Assembly (NCBI RefSeq): GCF_006345805.1
Contig: NC_042998.1
Span: 206,584,001-206,648,000 of the forward strand
Reading direction: 5' to 3'
Source: Octopus sinensis
Taxonomy: Eukaryota
DNA length: 64,000 nt
A program made the translations under genes and the position numbers. Below are positions 47,051 through 60,134 of this stretch, piece by piece; positions within the stretch are counted from its first letter, which is position 1; every line of letters starts with the position of its first letter. Below the pieces are notes generated by a model that saw only the letters and a list, made by a program, of their open reading frames with translations, had not been told where the DNA came from and ran no database searches.

Positions 47051-47714
47051 GATGATAGTTTCTTATCACGGGGCCACTCATTACAAAACCGTTTACCCAG
47101 TTTGGAAACAGTTCTTCTTGAGACTTTAGACTTTTCTTTCTTCCAATTCCGATATCTAAATATTTCTTTGTCTAATATTTTTACCGATGCCAAACATCAC
47201 ACGTTTCCTTCCATTTTACTACCATTCCACCGTAAACATAGCAGTCGGCAGGAAACAGAGTTGTAAGAGATGACTAAATAAATTGACCTCGTTATTTGGC
47301 TGGATGGCCCCACTGGTGCTTCTTAGTTCATCGATCTCGGTTGAAACACGAGGTCTTCCCCACTGGGATTTGAACTCGGAACGTAGAAGAGTCAAACCTA
47401 ATTCTTCTTCTTCTGCTTTAATCCCTCCCCCCTCTCTTCCTATCACATGATTATATTGGTTATCTCAGGCTGTGGAAGGAATCAATGACTGCAGGAGACG
47501 GTTGCTCTATATTCTTGATCAACCCAGCGAGAACTTAAAATGCAGTGTTAACCCAACTGGGATTTGAACTCAAGAACAAATCCCAAGAGACACATTTATT
47601 TATTGTTGCATTTTATTATTTATTGTTGTGTTTTATGGCACACGAGGAGCCTCTAGATCGTTGCTTAGTATGCTAGAAATAACACCCAATCTTCCTCCAT
47701 GTATCTTTTATCTT

Positions 47715-48501
47715 CTTTTATTTTATTTGTTTCAATCATTTGACTGCGGCCATGCTGGGGCACCACTGTAAAGAATTTTATAGTCGAGTGAATTGCCTCC
47801 TGTACTTATTTTTTTGAAAGCCTGGTATTTATTCTATCAGTCTCTTTTGCTAAACTGTTAAGTCATAGGGACATAAACACACCAACATCAGTTGTCAATC
47901 AGTAATAGGGGACAAACACATACACACACATATATATATATATATACGACGGGCTTCTTTCAGTTTCCGTCTACCAAATCCACTCACAAGGCTTTGGTTG
48001 GCCTGAGGCTATAGTAGAAAACACCCAAGGTGCCACGCAGTGGGACTGAACCCAGAACCATGTAGTTGGGAAGCAAACTTCTTACCACACAGCCATGCCT
48101 GCACTTATTTTCATTTCAAAGAAAAAGGGCCTGTGGGATAACTCACAGGTAAGGGTCACAGATGGAACACCATTGATTATAAATCTTATCAGAGCTAATC
48201 TGCTACTAAGCATCATCAACAACAACAATAACTGTTGTTTAGCCCCAGGTCAGCCCTGATCAGGAAGAAATAAGATCAAAGGCTTTCCAGCTATGACCTT
48301 CCTCCTCTTTTTCCTCCACTTTCATGTTTCAGTCATTTGACTGCGGCCATGCTGGAGTACTGCCTTTAGCCAAACAAATCGACCCCAGGACTTATTCTTT
48401 GTAAGCCTAGTACTTATTCTATTTGTCTCTTTTGCCAAACCACTAAGTTACAGGGACATAAACACACCAACATCAACTGTCAAGTGATGGTGGGGGGGAC
48501 A

Positions 48502-48542
<41 letters not shown>

Positions 48543-48705
48543 ATGACAGGCTTCTTTCAGTTTCCAGCTATCAAATCCACTCACAAGGCTTAGGTCAGCC
48601 TGAGGCTATAATGGAAGACACTTGTCCAAGGTGCCACACAGTGGGACTGAACCTGGAACCATGCAGTTAGGAAGCAAGCTTCTTACCACAGAGCCACGCC
48701 TGTGC
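47715..48705 (-). mobile_element. Two SINE A copies (47715-48100 and 48320-48705)
   Basis: Family A similarity. Confidence 0.88.
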
Positions 48706-49089
48706 CTCTCTCTCTCTCTTTTGTTTCATGAGGGACTAATGTTAGAATGTAATTAGACAGAGACCAGGCTGCTATTTCTGGATGACCCAGCCTCATCAGG
48801 CAGGCACCCTTGTTAGCTCATGTAAAGATTGTGTGGAAATCAACCCTAGTACCTTGCTGGAGCATATTTAAGTGACCCCAGAGGAATTAAACACAGCATC
48901 AATTGGAAGTAATTAAACAGGGTATGGCATCACTTACCGATTCCATAGACCAAGATGCCAAGTTATATTCCACACCAAATTTACCAAGTACCAAGGGATA
49001 TTGGACATTTTATCAATCAAATTAAAATAAATTGATTCTTATCCTTTCCCCCTTTTCCGTTGGGGTAGCCATCAGTTTTCTCTTCAGCA

Positions 49090-49455
49090 AGATACTTGTC
49101 CTTATCTAACAACACTGAACACCTTTTGATCTCCATGTGTCCAACACACGTGGACATGCCTACAAAGTCAGAAAACAGCACAGCTCCCATGACTTTCGGA
49201 AACATTTTTTCACACTCAGAGTTGCTGAAGCATGGAACAAACTGCCTGCATCAGTTGTTGACTGCCATGACACTGCATCCTTTAAGGCCCTCATGCTTTC
49301 CGAAATCCTCCGAAACTACACCTGATTGTCCCCCTTCCATACTCATACACATATGTGTATGTCATGACTCATGCACTGTTCTTTTCCTGACGCTTGTACA
49401 TTACCCTATGTACTATACATACACTTTAGATGAGTTGTAGTGCACCTGAGCACTG
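49090..49455 (+). mobile_element. CR1/L2-group LINE 3' end, second family
   Basis: HVSNTRGHAYKVRKQHSSHDFRKHFFTLRVAEAWNKLPASVV...SFK. Confidence 0.88.
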
Positions 49456-49459
49456 AATT

Positions 49460-49810
49460 GAACCAGCCAGGATCCCTGGTCTGGTGGTACGTAAAAAGCA
49501 CTATCCGACTCGTGGCCGATGCCAGCACCGCCTCGACTGGCTTCCGTGCTGGTGGCACATAAAATACACCAATCTGACCGTGGCCGTTGCCAGCCTCGCC
49601 TGGCACCTGTGCAGGTGTCACGTAAAAAGCACCCACTACACTCACGGAGTGGTTGGCGTTAGGAAGGGCATCCAGCTGTAGAAACATTGCCAGATTAGAC
49701 TGGAGCCTGGTGCAGCCTTCTGGCTTCCCAGAACCCCGGTCGAACTGTCCAACCCATGCTAGCATGGAGAACGGACGTTAAACGATGATGATGATGATGA
49801 TGATGATGAT
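49460..49810 (+). mobile_element. RTE 3' UTR fragment, young
   Basis: Nearly identical to 24402-24640. Confidence 0.88.
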
Positions 49811-50334
49811 TATTATATTATTTATCACCTCTCAGCACCTGGCATAAAGCCAACCCCCTCAATAATACACCCCCAATCACGAAGGATCTTGTTTTGTGAA
49901 TTACTTGGGGACCCCACTAGTGCTGGTGCCATAAAAAAAAAAGCATCCAATACACTTTGTAAAGTGCTTTGAGGTTAGGAAGGGCCTGAAGCCACATAAA
50001 GCGGGCACTGGAGACTAACGCAGCCCGCTGGCTGGTCAGGCTCTGTTGAACTGTCCAACCCATGCCAACATGGAAAACAGATGCTAAGTGACGAGGATGA
50101 CAATGGTGAGTATCTTCCAAGGCTTGGTCCAAGACCTTCAGATCTAAATAACTTAGTGAGACACTCCCCTTCCAGTTTTGGGCCAGGAAACAATCAATCG
50201 TAGGAACCAGGGGGTCAAACGACTGACTGGTACTGTTATTTTATTGACCCAGGAAGACTGAAAGCCTAAATCAAAGGATTAAACTTTGTGTGTAGTTCTT
50301 CCTTCAAGCGTGGCACATTACTTTGTCTCATCTG

Positions 50335-51150
50335 CACATCATCATCATCATCATCATCATCGTTTATCACCCGTTTTCCATGCTGGCATGGGTTGGATGG
50401 TTCATCTGGGGTCTGGGAAGCCAGGAGGCTGCACCAGGGTCCAGGCTTATCTGGCAAGGTTTCCATGGCTGGATGCCCTTCATAACGCAAACCACTCCGA
50501 GAGTGTAGTGGGTGCTTTTTTTACATGCCACTGGCACAGGGGCCAGGCATTGGCTATATTCAGATGGTGTTTTTTACATGCCACCGGCACAGGGATCACA
50601 ACTACAATTTCCATTTGATATTTATTTTGAAGTTGATGTACTTGACTCAATAGGTCTCCTCAAGCACAGCATGTCGTCCTACAATCCAAGGTACTTTTGA
50701 GTGGGCTGGTTATGCGACACTGGTGTAGGGGTTACAGCTGTGAACTCACTCTATTTGCCGGGTCTTCTCAGTCATAGCACACCTCCAGAGGTCTCGGTCT
50801 TTTGTCATTGCCTCTGTGAGGCCCAACGTTCAAAGCTCATGCTTGACCACCTCATCCCATGTCTTCCTGGGTCCCCCTCTACCCCAGATTCCTTCCACTG
50901 TTTGGGAGTGGCACTTCTTCACACAGCTCTCCTTGCCCATCCACAGCACATGACCATACCAGCGCAAATGTCACTCTTGCATGCCTCACCTGATGCTTCT
51001 TATGTCCAGCATTTCTCTCAGGGCACTTACACTCTGTGGTGTGTGCACACTGACATTACACATCCTGCGGATCATGCCAGCTTCATTTCTTTTGAGCCTA
51101 TGCATGTCTTTAACAGTCACGGCCCATGTTTCGCTGCTGTGAAGCATGGC
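50335..51150 (-). mobile_element. RTE LINE 3' end with RT C-terminal remnant
   Basis: Collinear with 33087-34170. Confidence 0.88.
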
Positions 51151-51401
51151 AGTTCACACACACGCATCATTAAGACAATAACGATGACAGCGATGACGAC
51201 GACGATGATGATGATGATGATGATGACAACAGCAGTTAATTGTATTTAATTTAGGCAGAAATTCACCAATGTCTGGTGGTGAAAAGTGTTAGTCTATACC
51301 AATCTTTTATCCTTTACTTGTTTCAGTGACCATGCTGGAGCAATACCTTGAAAAATGTTAGTCAAACAACTAGACATCAATACTTAATTTTTTTAAAGAG
51401 G

Positions 51402-51885
51402 CACAGGAGTTGCTGTGTGTTAAGAAGCTTGCATCCCAGCCACATGGTTCTGGGTTCAGTCCCACTGCGTGGCACCTTGGGCAAATGGCCTGAACTCTTT
51501 ACATGAACACCACCCTGTACTTAACTCCATGTCCCCCTACATGGCCTTGCTATTTGCTTTTGAGCCAAATTAACTAACTAACTAACTAACTAACTATAGC
51601 CTTGGGCCAACCAAAGCCTTGTGAGTGGATTTGGTAGACGGAAACTGAAAGAAGCCCGTCATAAATATGTATGTGTGTGTCTGTGCGTGTATTTGTTATT
51701 TGTGTCTGAGTTTGCCCCCCTGCCATCGCTTGACATCCAATGTCACTTAGCGGTTCAGCAAAAAGCGACTGATAGAATAAGTACCAGTCTTGCAAAGAAT
51801 AAGTCCTAGAGTCAATTTGTTCAACTAAAGATGGTGCTCCAGCATGGCTGCAGTCAAATGACTGAAACATGTAAAAGAATAAAAA
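51402..51885 (+). mobile_element. SINE A interrupted by a CR1 3' fragment (about 51485-51595)
   Basis: Insert matches 9803-9910 and ends in (TAAC)n. Confidence 0.88.
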
Positions 51886-51894
51886 AATATACAA

Positions 51895-52170
51895 TCAGTA
51901 TCTTTTTGCTGAACCACTAAGTCATGGGAACGTATGCACACCAACATCAATCGTTAAGTGGTGGTGGTGTGTGCATGTGGGGGAGACAAACACAAACACA
52001 AAGACACACACACACGCACACACACATACATATGATAGGCTTCTTTCAGTTTCCATCTACCAAATCCACTCACAAGGCTATGGTCGGCCCGAGGCTGTAG
52101 TAGAAGACATCCAAGGTGCCACGCAGTGGGGTTGAACCCAGAACCATGTTGTTGGGAAGTAAACCTGTTA
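51895..52170 (-). mobile_element. SINE family A, partial
   Basis: Family A similarity. Confidence 0.82.
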
Positions 52171-52379
52171 CCACCCAGCCACCCCTGTGATCTTAGTACT
52201 TGGGTGGTACTTTACGTTATCAATCCTGGAGGCGGGAGGAGGATGGAAGGTAAAGCTGGACTCGGACCACAAAGGGCTGCAAGAAATACCACAAGGCATC
52301 TCTTCTGAGATTTCTTTTGATTCCGTCAGTTGGCTGAGGACAATTGCGAGAACACTACTTGCGGTTTTAGTGTTGATGA

Positions 52380-52930
52380 TGTTATTGTTAATTGTTGTTG
52401 TTGTTATTGTGGCGGTGGCGATGATAGTGGTGGTGGTGGTGGCGGTGATGGTGGAAATAGTAATGGTGGTAGTGGTGGTTGAAGCGATGGTGATGGTAAT
52501 GGTTGTAGTGGTGGGTTTGGTGGTGGTGGTGATGGTGGCAATGACGGTGGTGGTGACGATGGGAATAGTAATGGTGGTAGTAGTGGGCGTGGTGGTGATG
52601 ACGGTGGTGATGACGGTGGTGATGGTAGTAGTGGTGGTGGTGGTGGTGATGGTGATCGGGGTGGCAATGATGGTGGTGATGGTGTTCTTGACAATGATAT
52701 TGTTAATTGTTGTTGTTGTTGTGGTGGTGGTGGTGATGACAATGGGGATGGTAATGGTGGTGGTGGTGGCGGTGGTGTGGTGTGGTGGTGGTGGTGGTAA
52801 CGGCAGTGGTGGTGGTGACAGTGGCAGTGGTGATTGTGTTGGTGGCATTGGGAATGGTGGTGGTGGTGGTGGTCGTCGTCGTGGTGGTGGCATTGGGAAC
52901 AGTGGTGGTGGTGGTGATGGTGTTGTGGTC
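52380..52930. repeat. (GGT)/(GAT) degenerate microsatellite
   Basis: Direct inspection. Confidence 0.95.
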
Positions 52931-53254
52931 AAAAATGGTAAGTAGGAAAGAGAATTGCTATGGAATTCCAGCAAGAACAAAAGAGCGAGAATGAAGAATC
53001 TAACGAAGAAGAAGAAGAAGACATCCCGTGTTGTGACGAGGATGCTGAGGAAATACAATGATACGGAAACAGACAAAAACAACAAACAATTAGGAAATGA
53101 AAACAAAGACAAAACCCAATAAACAAATAATTAATTAGAAAGGAATTTGTCTGATTGAGTAAAGGATAATTATAAGTGTCAAGTTGTCCATGATTAGAAA
53201 ATTACTAATTATAAATTACCAAACAGGATTCTTTTTGTGAACGAAGATGCGGTG

Positions 53255-53454
53255 AGTGTGTGTGTGTGTGTGTAGACGTCCGTGATTGTGTGTGTGGACG
53301 TCCGGGATTGTGTGTGTGTGTGTGGACGTCCGTGATTGCGTGTGTGTGTGTGTGGACGTCTGTGATTGTGTGTGTGTGGACGTCTGTGACTGTGTGTGTG
53401 TGTGGACGTCTGTGATTGTGTGTGTGTGTGTGTGTGTGTGGATGTCCGTGATTG

Positions 53455-53496
<42 letters not shown>

Positions 53497-53535
53497 TGGA
53501 TGTCCGTGATTGCATGTCTGTGATTGTGTGTGTGT
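53255..53535. repeat. Minisatellite: (TG)n plus GGAYGTCYGTGATT core, about 10 units
   Basis: Direct inspection. Confidence 0.88.
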
Positions 53536-53644
53536 GTATGTATACACATGCTGGATAGCTGGGCAAACAGGTGGATGGATGGATGGAGAAACAGAGGGAC
53601 GGACAGACGGACAGATGGATGCCTGTCCGTTCGTCAAGTAAGTG

Positions 53645-53815
53645 TGACTGTTTATGATACTGGAAAGTGTTTACAGTTCTATATTTAAGAGATGAGGAAT
53701 TGCTTACGTTATTTACATTATTTACATTTGACGGATATTTGTCCTCATCTCGTTTGTTGCTAACACAACATTTCGGCTGATATACCCTCCAGCCTCCTTC
53801 ATCAGGTGTCTTGCG
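53645..53815 (-). mobile_element. Penelope-like hammerhead-bearing repeat, decayed copy
   Basis: Motif at 53762-53810 has a 3-nt insertion after CTGATGA and GAAAC>GAAAT. Confidence 0.75.
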
Positions 53816-53873
53816 GTTAACAGCATGGGCTACTAACCCCAAGATTCTGAGTTCGATTCCAAGTAGTAACCTG

Positions 53874-53904
<31 letters not shown>

Positions 53905-53957
53905 ACAACAGCAGCAGCAGCAGCAACAACAACAACAGCAGCAGCAGCAGCACCACC

Positions 53958-53989
<32 letters not shown>

Positions 53990-54002
53990 CAACATCATCA
54001 TA

Positions 54003-54150
54003 GAAATATATCTTAGGTGTGAGAACCCAAGTTCAAAATTTCCCCAAGACACCTGATGAAGGCTGGAGGGTATATCAGCCGAAACGTTGTGTTAACAACA
54101 AACAAGATGAGGACAAATATCCACCAAATGTAAATAATGTAAATAATGTG
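54003..54150 (+). mobile_element. Penelope-like hammerhead-bearing repeat (about 150 bp)
   Basis: Four copies in the window; this one contains the intact motif. Confidence 0.75.
54048..54093 (+). ncRNA. Minimal type I hammerhead ribozyme, intact core
   Basis: GACAC-CUGAUGA-A-GGCUG(GAGGGUAUAU)CAGCC-GAA-ACGU-U/GUGUU; predicted cleavage 3' of 54088. Confidence 0.8.
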
Positions 54151-54299
54151 AAAAGTGTTTGTTTGATACTAGATTCTGCATTGGATTCAATATCAGATAA
54201 TGTTTTAGGCATTTTCTAAAATGCTGTATAAATCTCTCAACTGGCATAAAACCATGCCCCCCCCACTCAATACTACCCTTCCCCTGTTGAGGGGCTTTT

Positions 54300-54572
54300 C
54301 ACTTGCAAGGTACTTGATAACCCTGTCAATGCTAGTGCCACATAAAAAATACTGGTAAGGGTTACACGCAAAAACCACTGGTGATGGTGCTACATAAAAA
54401 GCACCCTCTACACTTTGTAGAGTGGTTGGCATTAGGAAGGGCATCCAGCTGTAGAAACCATACCAAAACAGACAACTGGAGCCTGGTGTAGCTCTCTGGC
54501 CTTGCCAGCTCCTGTCAAACTGTCCAACCCATGCCAGCATGGAAAGCAAATGTTAAATGATGATGATGATGT
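54300..54572 (+). mobile_element. RTE 3' UTR fragment
   Basis: Conserved terminal block and (GAT)n tail. Confidence 0.82.
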
Positions 54573-54604
54573 GTGTGTTTGTATACATGCACACACATAT
54601 ATAG

Positions 54605-55025
54605 CCGCAGGAGTGGCTGTGTGGTAAGTAGCTTGTTTACCAACCACATGGTTCCGGGTTCAGTCCCACTGCGTGGCACCTTGGGCAAGTGTCTTCTACT
54701 ATAGCCTCGGGCCGACCAAAGCCTTGTGAGTGGATTTGGTAGACGGAAACTGAAAGAAGCCCGTCGTAATATATGTGTATATATATATATGTATGTGTAT
54801 GTGTGTGTGTTTGTGTGTCTGTGTTTGTCCCCCTAGCATTGCTTGACAACCAATGCTGGTGTGTTTACGTCCCCGTTACTTAGCGGTTCGACAAAAGAGA
54901 CCGATAGAATAAGTACTGGGCTTACAAAAGAATAAGTCCTGGGGTCGGCTTGCTCGACTAAAGGCGGTGCTCCAGCATGGCCGCAGTCAAATGACTGAAA
55001 CAAGTAAAAAGAGTAAAAAAGAAAG
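54605..55025 (+). mobile_element. SINE family A
   Basis: Full length. Confidence 0.92.
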
Positions 55026-55489
55026 AGTATATACAGGCATATACACATTGAATAATTTGTAGATGGAACAAGAATATTTATTAGGGCAATGTTCTGGTTT
55101 AGCCTGGATGTTCTCTATCAAGATGATGTTTGCAATGATTCTTCTGTAAAGTAAAGGCCACCCAGGCTGTGCCACCAACAAGAAGTTAATGCCTTTGTGA
55201 TCATAAGCAAATAAGTAGTAAATTTGAAAGTAAGTTTTATGAATGTTCTCATCAAATGCTTCTTCTGAAGGTTCTGGAAGTTTGATTGAATGTTATAAAA
55301 AGGTGGGATGTATTTAACTTCCAACCTTAGATGTTACATAGAAATCTGTCGGTCAGTTTTGTGATGAGGTTGTTCTCACTTCTTCTACTGATTCTGTTAT
55401 CAATAACCTGAACAATTTTCATATCAATTAAAATATTTTATACAATGAAGGCTTTTAACGATCACATTCGCTATCTCATGTATAACCAT

Positions 55490-55850
55490 CATCACTCATC
55501 ATCATCATTGTTTAACTTCCCCCTTCCATGCTGGCATGGGTGGGACAATTTGACAGGAGCCAGCCAGGCAGAAGCCTGCACCAGACTTCTGCGACTGTTT
55601 TGGCAGGATTTTTACAACTGGATGCCCTTCCAAACACCAACCACTCAGCAGAGTGGACTTACTGCATTTTACATGGCTCAAGCACAGACAAGGTCAGTTT
55701 TGGCAGGGTTATTACAGCTGGATGCCCTTCCAAACACCAACCACTCAGCAGAGTGGACTTAATGCTTTTTACATGGCTCAAGCACAGGCGAGGTCAGTTT
55801 TGGCAAGGTTTTTACAGCTGGATGCCCTTCCTAACGCCAACCACTCAGCA
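55490..55850 (-). mobile_element. RTE 3' UTR fragment with local triplication
   Basis: CTGGATGCCCTTCC...CCAACCACTCAGCAGA occurs three times. Confidence 0.8.
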
Positions 55851-56082
55851 GATGTTTTATTCAAATAATTGTTATACATATGTAAATGCAGATGTTACAA
55901 GTATTAGAAAAAAAATATGGACGCTTGTACAGATATTACTGTGGTCACCTTCACCTTCATATACAGCCTACCTGATATTGTGTATTACCATCAATGATTC
56001 AATGACTTGACCCATTAAAATGATGACCCACCAAAACCTTTCTTCTCTTTTGCTTCTTTTAGTTTTAATGTTTCTTCTATGT

Positions 56083-56505
56083 ATGGCAGCAAGCTGGCAG
56101 AAATGTTAGTGTGCTGGGCAAAATGCTTAGCGGTATTCCGCCTGTCTTTAAGTTCTGAGTTCAAATTCTGCCGAGGTCAACTTTGCCTTTCATCCTTTCG
56201 AGGTCGATTAAATAAGTACCAGTTACACACTGGGGTCGATATAATCGACTTAATTCGTTTGTCTGTCCTTGTTTGTCCTCTCTGTGTGTTTAGCCCCTTG
56301 TGGATAGTAAAGAAATAGGTATTTCGTCTGCCGTTATGTTCCGAGTTCAAATTCCGCCGAGGTCAACTTCGACTTTCATCCTTTCGGGGTTGATTAAATA
56401 AGTACCAGTTACGCACTGGGGTCGATATAATCAACTTAATCCGTTTGTCTGTCCTTGTTTGTCCTCTCTGTGTTTAGCTCCTTGTGGGTAGTAAAGAAAT
56501 AGGTA
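56083..56505 (+). mobile_element. SINE family B dimer
   Basis: Full monomer plus a headless monomer joined by GTAAAGAAATAGGTATTTCGTCTGCC. Confidence 0.92.
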
Positions 56506-56584
56506 CCATGCAATGAGATTGAACTCAGAACCATGTAGGTAGAGAGCTAGTTTCTAACTACTTGACCATGTGTGTGCCCATATA

Positions 56585-56661
<77 letters not shown>

Positions 56662-57679
56662 GGAGAGAGACAGACAGACAGTCAGGTAAATAGATTGAAA
56701 GATAAATAGACAGAGAGAAAAACAGAGAGAGAGAGAGAGAGAGAGGATAATGCAGTTTCAATTTCCGGCTGGAATTATTGTATTTCCTCTCTCTATCTGT
56801 CACATGACTCCAAAATGGTGTTATGTTTAGACATGCCGACTCTGTGACTCCCAAGTTGCTTCTATTTGATATGGGTTATTAAATTTAATTGAGGTGAATC
56901 AAAGTATTTAGGAAGGGAATGAGATGACATACTTCCTATTTCAACTGAGACTGTCTAGTTTGGAGAAAGAAATTTGAAAGTGTCTACACAGGCATTTAAC
57001 CTGCAAGAAAGAGCAGCCATACCTTCTTTATATTAATACCATCACATTGGATGATATATATTTTGGCAAAAAGAAGGATGAGACAACTACACCTTGAATT
57101 CGTCAGTTCAAAAGACATTTGGCCAAGGTACCATGCAATGAGGTTGAACTCAGAACCATGGAGATGGAGAGCTAGTTTCAAAAGCTACTAACTCCAACAC
57201 CAAATTCAACCTCAGCCTGACTTATGCGGTGTAACAGATCCAACTATTTTACCAATAAATATTTGTTTGTGGACCTTAAAGTAGCACAAAAGCCAACCTT
57301 ATACACGACAAATATCATGATTTGACTATGACATATCTATTTATTTGTTTACTGTTATGAACCCTAAACAATAACAAGATTCCATATCAAATGAGAATAA
57401 CTCTCTCCACCATGTCTTTCTATCAATCCACATCCTAAAAACACATACTTCCTTCATTCCTTGCTTTCCACAAAACCATTTCCTCAGCCTACTTACACCA
57501 CTTGTGATTCTCATTCACATTACTTCACTTGACAATACAACAACCTGCCAAAGACAGAATGAACCGAAGTAAACTGCAGTCTGATGATGGCAAGCACACA
57601 AAAACCTTGAAGTTACTGTTAACTTTTTCCTGTAAAAATCAATGAATATGTACTCTTCTAGAAATTATTGAGAGATGAT

Positions 57680-58190
57680 CACCATTTCACGTCTATTTTC
57701 CATGATGGCATGGGTTAGATGGATTAGCAGGAGCTGGTCAGCTGGAGAGTTTCTATGGCTGGATACCACTTTTACAGAGTGTACCGGCTGCCTTTTATAT
57801 GGCACCAACATGGAGGCTTTGTATGTGGTGCTAGCACAGATATTTTTATTGTTTTTTATATAGCCATGCCAGTGGCACATAACGAGCACTGTCCAAACAT
57901 GATTGATGCCATTTCCACCTGATTGGCTCCTGTGCCAGTGGCACATAACGAGCACTATCCAAACATGATTGATGCCAGTTCCACCTGATTGGCTCCTGTG
58001 CCGGTGGCACATAAAAAGCACCCATTAACATTCTTGGAGAGGTTGGTGTTAGGAAGAGCATCCAGCTGTAGAAACCTTGCCAGATCAGACTGGAACCTGG
58101 TGCAGCCTCCTGGCTCTCCAGACCTCAGTCAAACCAGCCAACCCATGCTAGCATGGAAAACGGACGTTAAACAATGATGATGATGATGAA
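57680..58190. mobile_element. Two RTE 3' UTR fragments (old minus 57680-57840; plus 57860-58190)
   Basis: Family similarity. Confidence 0.8.
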
Positions 58191-58548
58191 GAACTTGACA
58201 TAAAAACAAAATCTAACACACACACACACATTTACACAAAACCCAATGGAAATTAAAGTATGTACCCCTTTGGTTAATTTGTTTCCTGCTTTCCCAATTC
58301 TGCTATCCACCGTTGCTGTTTCCTCTGCTGTTACGACCAAACTTTCTACCATTCCAATTCCCCCCATTGACTTATTGACTGAAAATAAAAACAAAACCCA
58401 AATAAAGTCCAATTTGAAGGCGTGTCTTGAGAAAGTACATTCGGATAGATCTAACGGTCGGTGAATTGGTGCCAAAGTAAGGGGTGGAATTTGATGAGAA
58501 ATAAATTTATGACATACATGTATGTATGTGTATATGTATGTATGTATG

Positions 58549-58581
<33 letters not shown>

Positions 58582-59121
58582 GTGTATGAAATATACTGGA
58601 AAATGTTGAAATAAAAGAGAAAAAAACGAGGCAGTTATACATACATATATTCATATTGTATTTATATATATGTTAGAAAAAAACTGAGATGAAAGTCTAG
58701 AAAAAGAAGCATGCATTCATACATAGAAACATTCTGGCAGAAAAGGAGAATAAGAGAACGGATAAATGAGCAAAAAAAGGAAGTAGTAGGAGGAAGAAAG
58801 GAAGGAAGGAAAGAAGGAAGAGCGAGAGAAATATTTGCACTGAACCATTATTTGCGCCAAGACCAGGATAATTCTAGATTGAATGTATAGATTTATCGAT
58901 ATGGCTTGTTTTCATGACAGGAGGAATAGCAATGAGAGAGTAGTGATAAATGGTGAGGAATCAGAAATTCTTGTATTTGATGTCTGTGAAAGGAGAACAA
59001 TGCCAGTGGGGTGCCCTTGGCAGGGGGTTGTCTCAAACTGAGGTGGGGGAGTTTTACTTTTTGGGTACAACATTAGGGGTGAACGGCCTGAATCACAACT
59101 TCAAACTGTGTGAACGATGAC

Positions 59122-60080
59122 CAAAGGTGGGCACCGTTAATTGAAAAGTTAACTTCGTTAACTGTTAATCTGTTCACCAAAAAGTCAACTTTGATAACCG
59201 ATAATCAGTTAATTATTTCCTATTGTAACAGAAGTTATTGATAAGCCATTAACGTTAATTTTTCATCATCATCATCATCATCATCATCGTTTAACGTCCG
59301 CTTTCCATGCTAGCATGGGTTGGACCGTTTGACTGTGGGCTGGCAAACCAGATGGCTGCACCAGGCTCCAGTCTGATCTGGTAGAGTTTGTACAGCTGGA
59401 TGCCCTTCCTAACGCCAGCCATTCCGAGAGTGTAGAGGGTGCTTTTACGTGCCACCGGCACGGGGGCCAGTCAGGCGGTACTGGCAACGACCTCACTCGA
59501 ATCCTTTTACACATGCCAACGACACAGGTGCCAGTAAGGTGGTGCTGGTAATGATCACGCTCGAATGGTACCTCTTACATGCCACCAGCATGGAGGCCAG
59601 TTAACCGCTCTGGCAATGATTATGCTCGGATGGTGCTCTTAGCACCCTACTAGCACGGGGCACAAGTGCTAGTAAGGCGATGCTGGTAACAATCACACTT
59701 GAATGGTGTCTTTTATGTGCCGCTGGCACAGAAGCCAGTTAGCCGCTCTGTCAACGATCACGCTCGTATGGTGCTTGTGCCCCTCATCGAATTTCACTTT
59801 GATTTTGATTTTGATTTTTATTAAAGAAAAAGCAAAAAACCAGTTTTTGCTCTAAAAACACCATTAAAAAGCGCCAAAACTATAAAATCCATTAACTTCA
59901 ATTCAATTGAAGTTAACGGAAGTTAACTCAAGTTGACTTGAGTTAATTAAAGTTAATTGTAACAGAAGTTAATTAGTCCGATAATGATTTCCAGAGATAA
60001 CCTAAAAGTTAAATTGTTAACGAAAATGTTAACTTTGTTAATTAACAATTAGTGGATTAACAGTTTGGTGCTCAGGTTTG
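59122..60080. mobile_element. Non-autonomous hAT of the same family as 29006-32950, with an RTE 3' UTR inserted (about 59265-59820, minus)
   Basis: TIR CAAAGGTGGGCACC / GGTGCTCAGGTTTG; both GTTAAC-rich subtermini match the 29-33 kb element; no transposase or satellite. Confidence 0.85.
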
Positions 60081-60134
60081 ACAACTCTCAAAAGGGTGTG
60101 AGGTATCAGGCTGTTTTCAAAGAAAGGGACAGCA

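Noticed and set aside
57575-57620. CTGATGA-TGGCAAGCACAC-AAAAAC as a hammerhead
   Set aside because: Stem II and stem I pairing are unconvincing and there is no palindromic stem III.
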